Shown: positions 63,701 to 64,000 of the stretch, piece after piece | Layout of the letters: each line of letters opens with the position of its first letter | How positions within the stretch are numbered: the stretch's first letter is position 1 | Source of the DNA: Azolla caroliniana | Taxonomy: Eukaryota; Plantae; Polypodiophyta | Length of the DNA stretch: 64,000 nucleotides | Assembly (NCBI GenBank): GCA_043228905.1 | Contig: JBHGNT010000011.1 | Coordinates: forward strand, 15,004,001-15,068,000 | Reading direction: 5' to 3' | Notes under the pieces: generated by a model | What the model saw: only the letters and a program-made list of their open reading frames with translations | Told to the model about the DNA's origin: nothing | Databases searched by the model: none | Position numbers and translations under genes: made by a program

Positions 63701-64000
63701 TGTTGTCTTCCATTCATCTCCTGGACATATCCGAACAAGGTTATATGCACCTTGAAGATCTAGCTTCGTGAAAACTTTCGCTCTACTAAGACGCTCTAGT
63801 AAACTCGAAATCAAGGGTAGAGCATATCTATTTCGAACTGTGATTTTGTTTAGACCTCGATAGTCCACGACCAGTCGTAGAGATCCATGTTTCTTCTTGA
63901 CAAAGAAGATGGGTGCACCAATAGGGCTTTTAGAATGTCGAATGAATCCATTTGCTAAGTGCTCGTCTATATACTCTCGAAGGGCCTTGAGTTCGGAAGG
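60739..64000 (-). mobile_element. Degenerate chromovirus Gypsy (Tcn1-like): RT-RH-INT-chromodomain plus 3' LTR ~60739-61195; continues beyond the window
   Basis: [17 protein letters not shown] and MPFGLTNAP in RT, EADASDFALG RNase H, SMDFITDLP and SDRGPQF in integrase. Chromodomain FEVKVILDSK..YYLMAWLGY..TWEPIENL. LTR ends TGTCA..TGACA with a purine tract before it. Confidence 0.92.

Overview
This is AT-rich eukaryotic nuclear DNA from a land plant. It is most likely a fern or other non-seed plant, inferred from the long intronless PLS-PPR gene and the Tcn1-like and tRNA-Trp-primed Gypsy elements. Two host genes look intact: a 960-aa PLS-class PPR gene (11793-14675, -) and a six-exon RBM34/Nop12-like two-RRM gene (27138-29524, +). 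Three host loci are damaged: PPR pseudogene fragments, an At2g33490-like BAR-domain gene broken by transposons, and a cold-shock-domain gene interrupted by a nested LTR-retrotransposon stack that fills 48.7-64 kb. The rest is LINE, hAT, Copia and Gypsy remnants plus tandem repeats. The most notable observations are: (1) a ~1.26-kb foldback of a hAT transposase 5' region inside a host gene, resembling Mu-killer/Ac-killer loci; (2) a young Gypsy with a tRNA-Ala-type PBS and a short non-autonomous relative, both with an ATAT 4-bp TSD, plus a -1 frameshift signal in the full-length copy; (3) a PPR protein with Gly at position 5 in most P motifs; (4) a GC-rich tRNA-Trp-primed Gypsy with no TSD and transition-only LTR divergence. 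All homology calls are by-eye motif recognition, and no database search was run.
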